64,000 nucleotides of DNA, taken from contig JAKMXF010000312.1 of assembly GCA_024704765.1 (NCBI GenBank), positions 124,001 through 188,000 on the forward strand, written 5' to 3'. The notes beneath the pieces are model-generated. The model had not been told where the DNA came from, did not search any database, and saw only the letters and a list, made by a program, of their open reading frames with translations. Source of the DNA: Oopsacas minuta. Its lineage: Eukaryota; Animalia; Porifera. Shown one piece after another: positions 63,357 through 64,000 of this stretch. Positions within the stretch are counted from its first letter, which is position 1, and each line of letters opens with the position of its first letter. A program made the translations under genes and the position numbers.

Positions 63357-64000
63357 TACTTTATCTAGAAATAATATTGAGAATATGTATAGCGTAGCTA
63401 TTGTGGAATAATTATGAATTCATTGTCCCGAGACACTATTTTCGGGAAGAGGACACTCTGGCTTACATCTTTGCAATTTTGAGGATATATAAGGCCAATG
63501 TTAGTTGGGAATATGTTTCAGTTCAACCGCCTGCATCTGTTTTGGCTACCGCACTAATATTGTCATTATTTCACACTTCACAACAATAGAGATCATTTCC
63601 CTTTTATAGTAGCATATTATATTCTTAGCAAATTTGAATTCTGTCATTTTGGGTTTTATGAATCGACCAATTTTCCGCTGAAACGTCACAAAATAATGAG
63701 ATAATTATAATGACCGCCTGCCCGCATGCAGGCTCAGGTGGATCTTATGAGGAGCTGAAACAAGTTTCTCACTAACAGTGGCCTAACGGATTTATAGTTA
63801 TTGAGGTATGGCCATTCAAATGGTCGAGCCAAGTGTATTCGTAGCATAAATAACTAAGAGACTATTTGTTATGTATACTACTGGGGAAAACTCCCACATA
63901 TTCCTGTATGTGTAATATTATTCCGGTTATAAGAACCTGTTTGTTACTCTCACAGGTTTTTATAACCGGCATCCACTATACTAACCGTGATATCGCTTCC

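Noticed and set aside
63401-63589. 62-aa ORF near the right edge
   Set aside because: It starts at a non-ATG codon, is short and has no motif; I cannot support it.

Overview
This is a gene-dense, AT-rich eukaryotic window from an animal with a compact genome. Introns are short GT-AG introns often filled with (GTTT)n/(AAAC)n, and many genes are intronless. The gene style (NHL-repeat proteins, avidin, photoprotein-like EF-hand, FoxL2-like) suggests an early-branching metazoan such as a glass sponge, but that is inference only. I can support about 30 protein-coding genes. Recognisable ones are EXT1, SNRK, RPL10, APRT, ERI1, DR1, FoxL2-like, DEGS1, SNX29, G6PD, CCS, TDO2, RPL10A, a BCAR1-like adaptor and CFAP20. 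There are also many small TA-targeting and hAT-type MITEs, a 31-bp minisatellite and a 192-bp near-perfect inverted repeat. Two things stand out. (1) At 43.6-51.3 kb there is a tandem array of five divergent AID/APOBEC-like (APOBEC4-flavoured, HAE...NNSPCxxC) deaminase genes, head-to-head with a sixth, catalytically dead paralogue fused to a long coiled coil. (2) At 15.9-23.7 kb a 19-exon, phase-consistent reading frame (~1150 aa) joins a Q/P-rich region and a TIR domain to a complete mRNA cap guanine-N7 methyltransferase (RNMT), with APRT nested antisense in one intron. All assignments come from manual reading and remembered family motifs; no database search was run, and exon chains are predictions without transcript evidence. 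I saw no tRNA, rRNA or CRISPR array.
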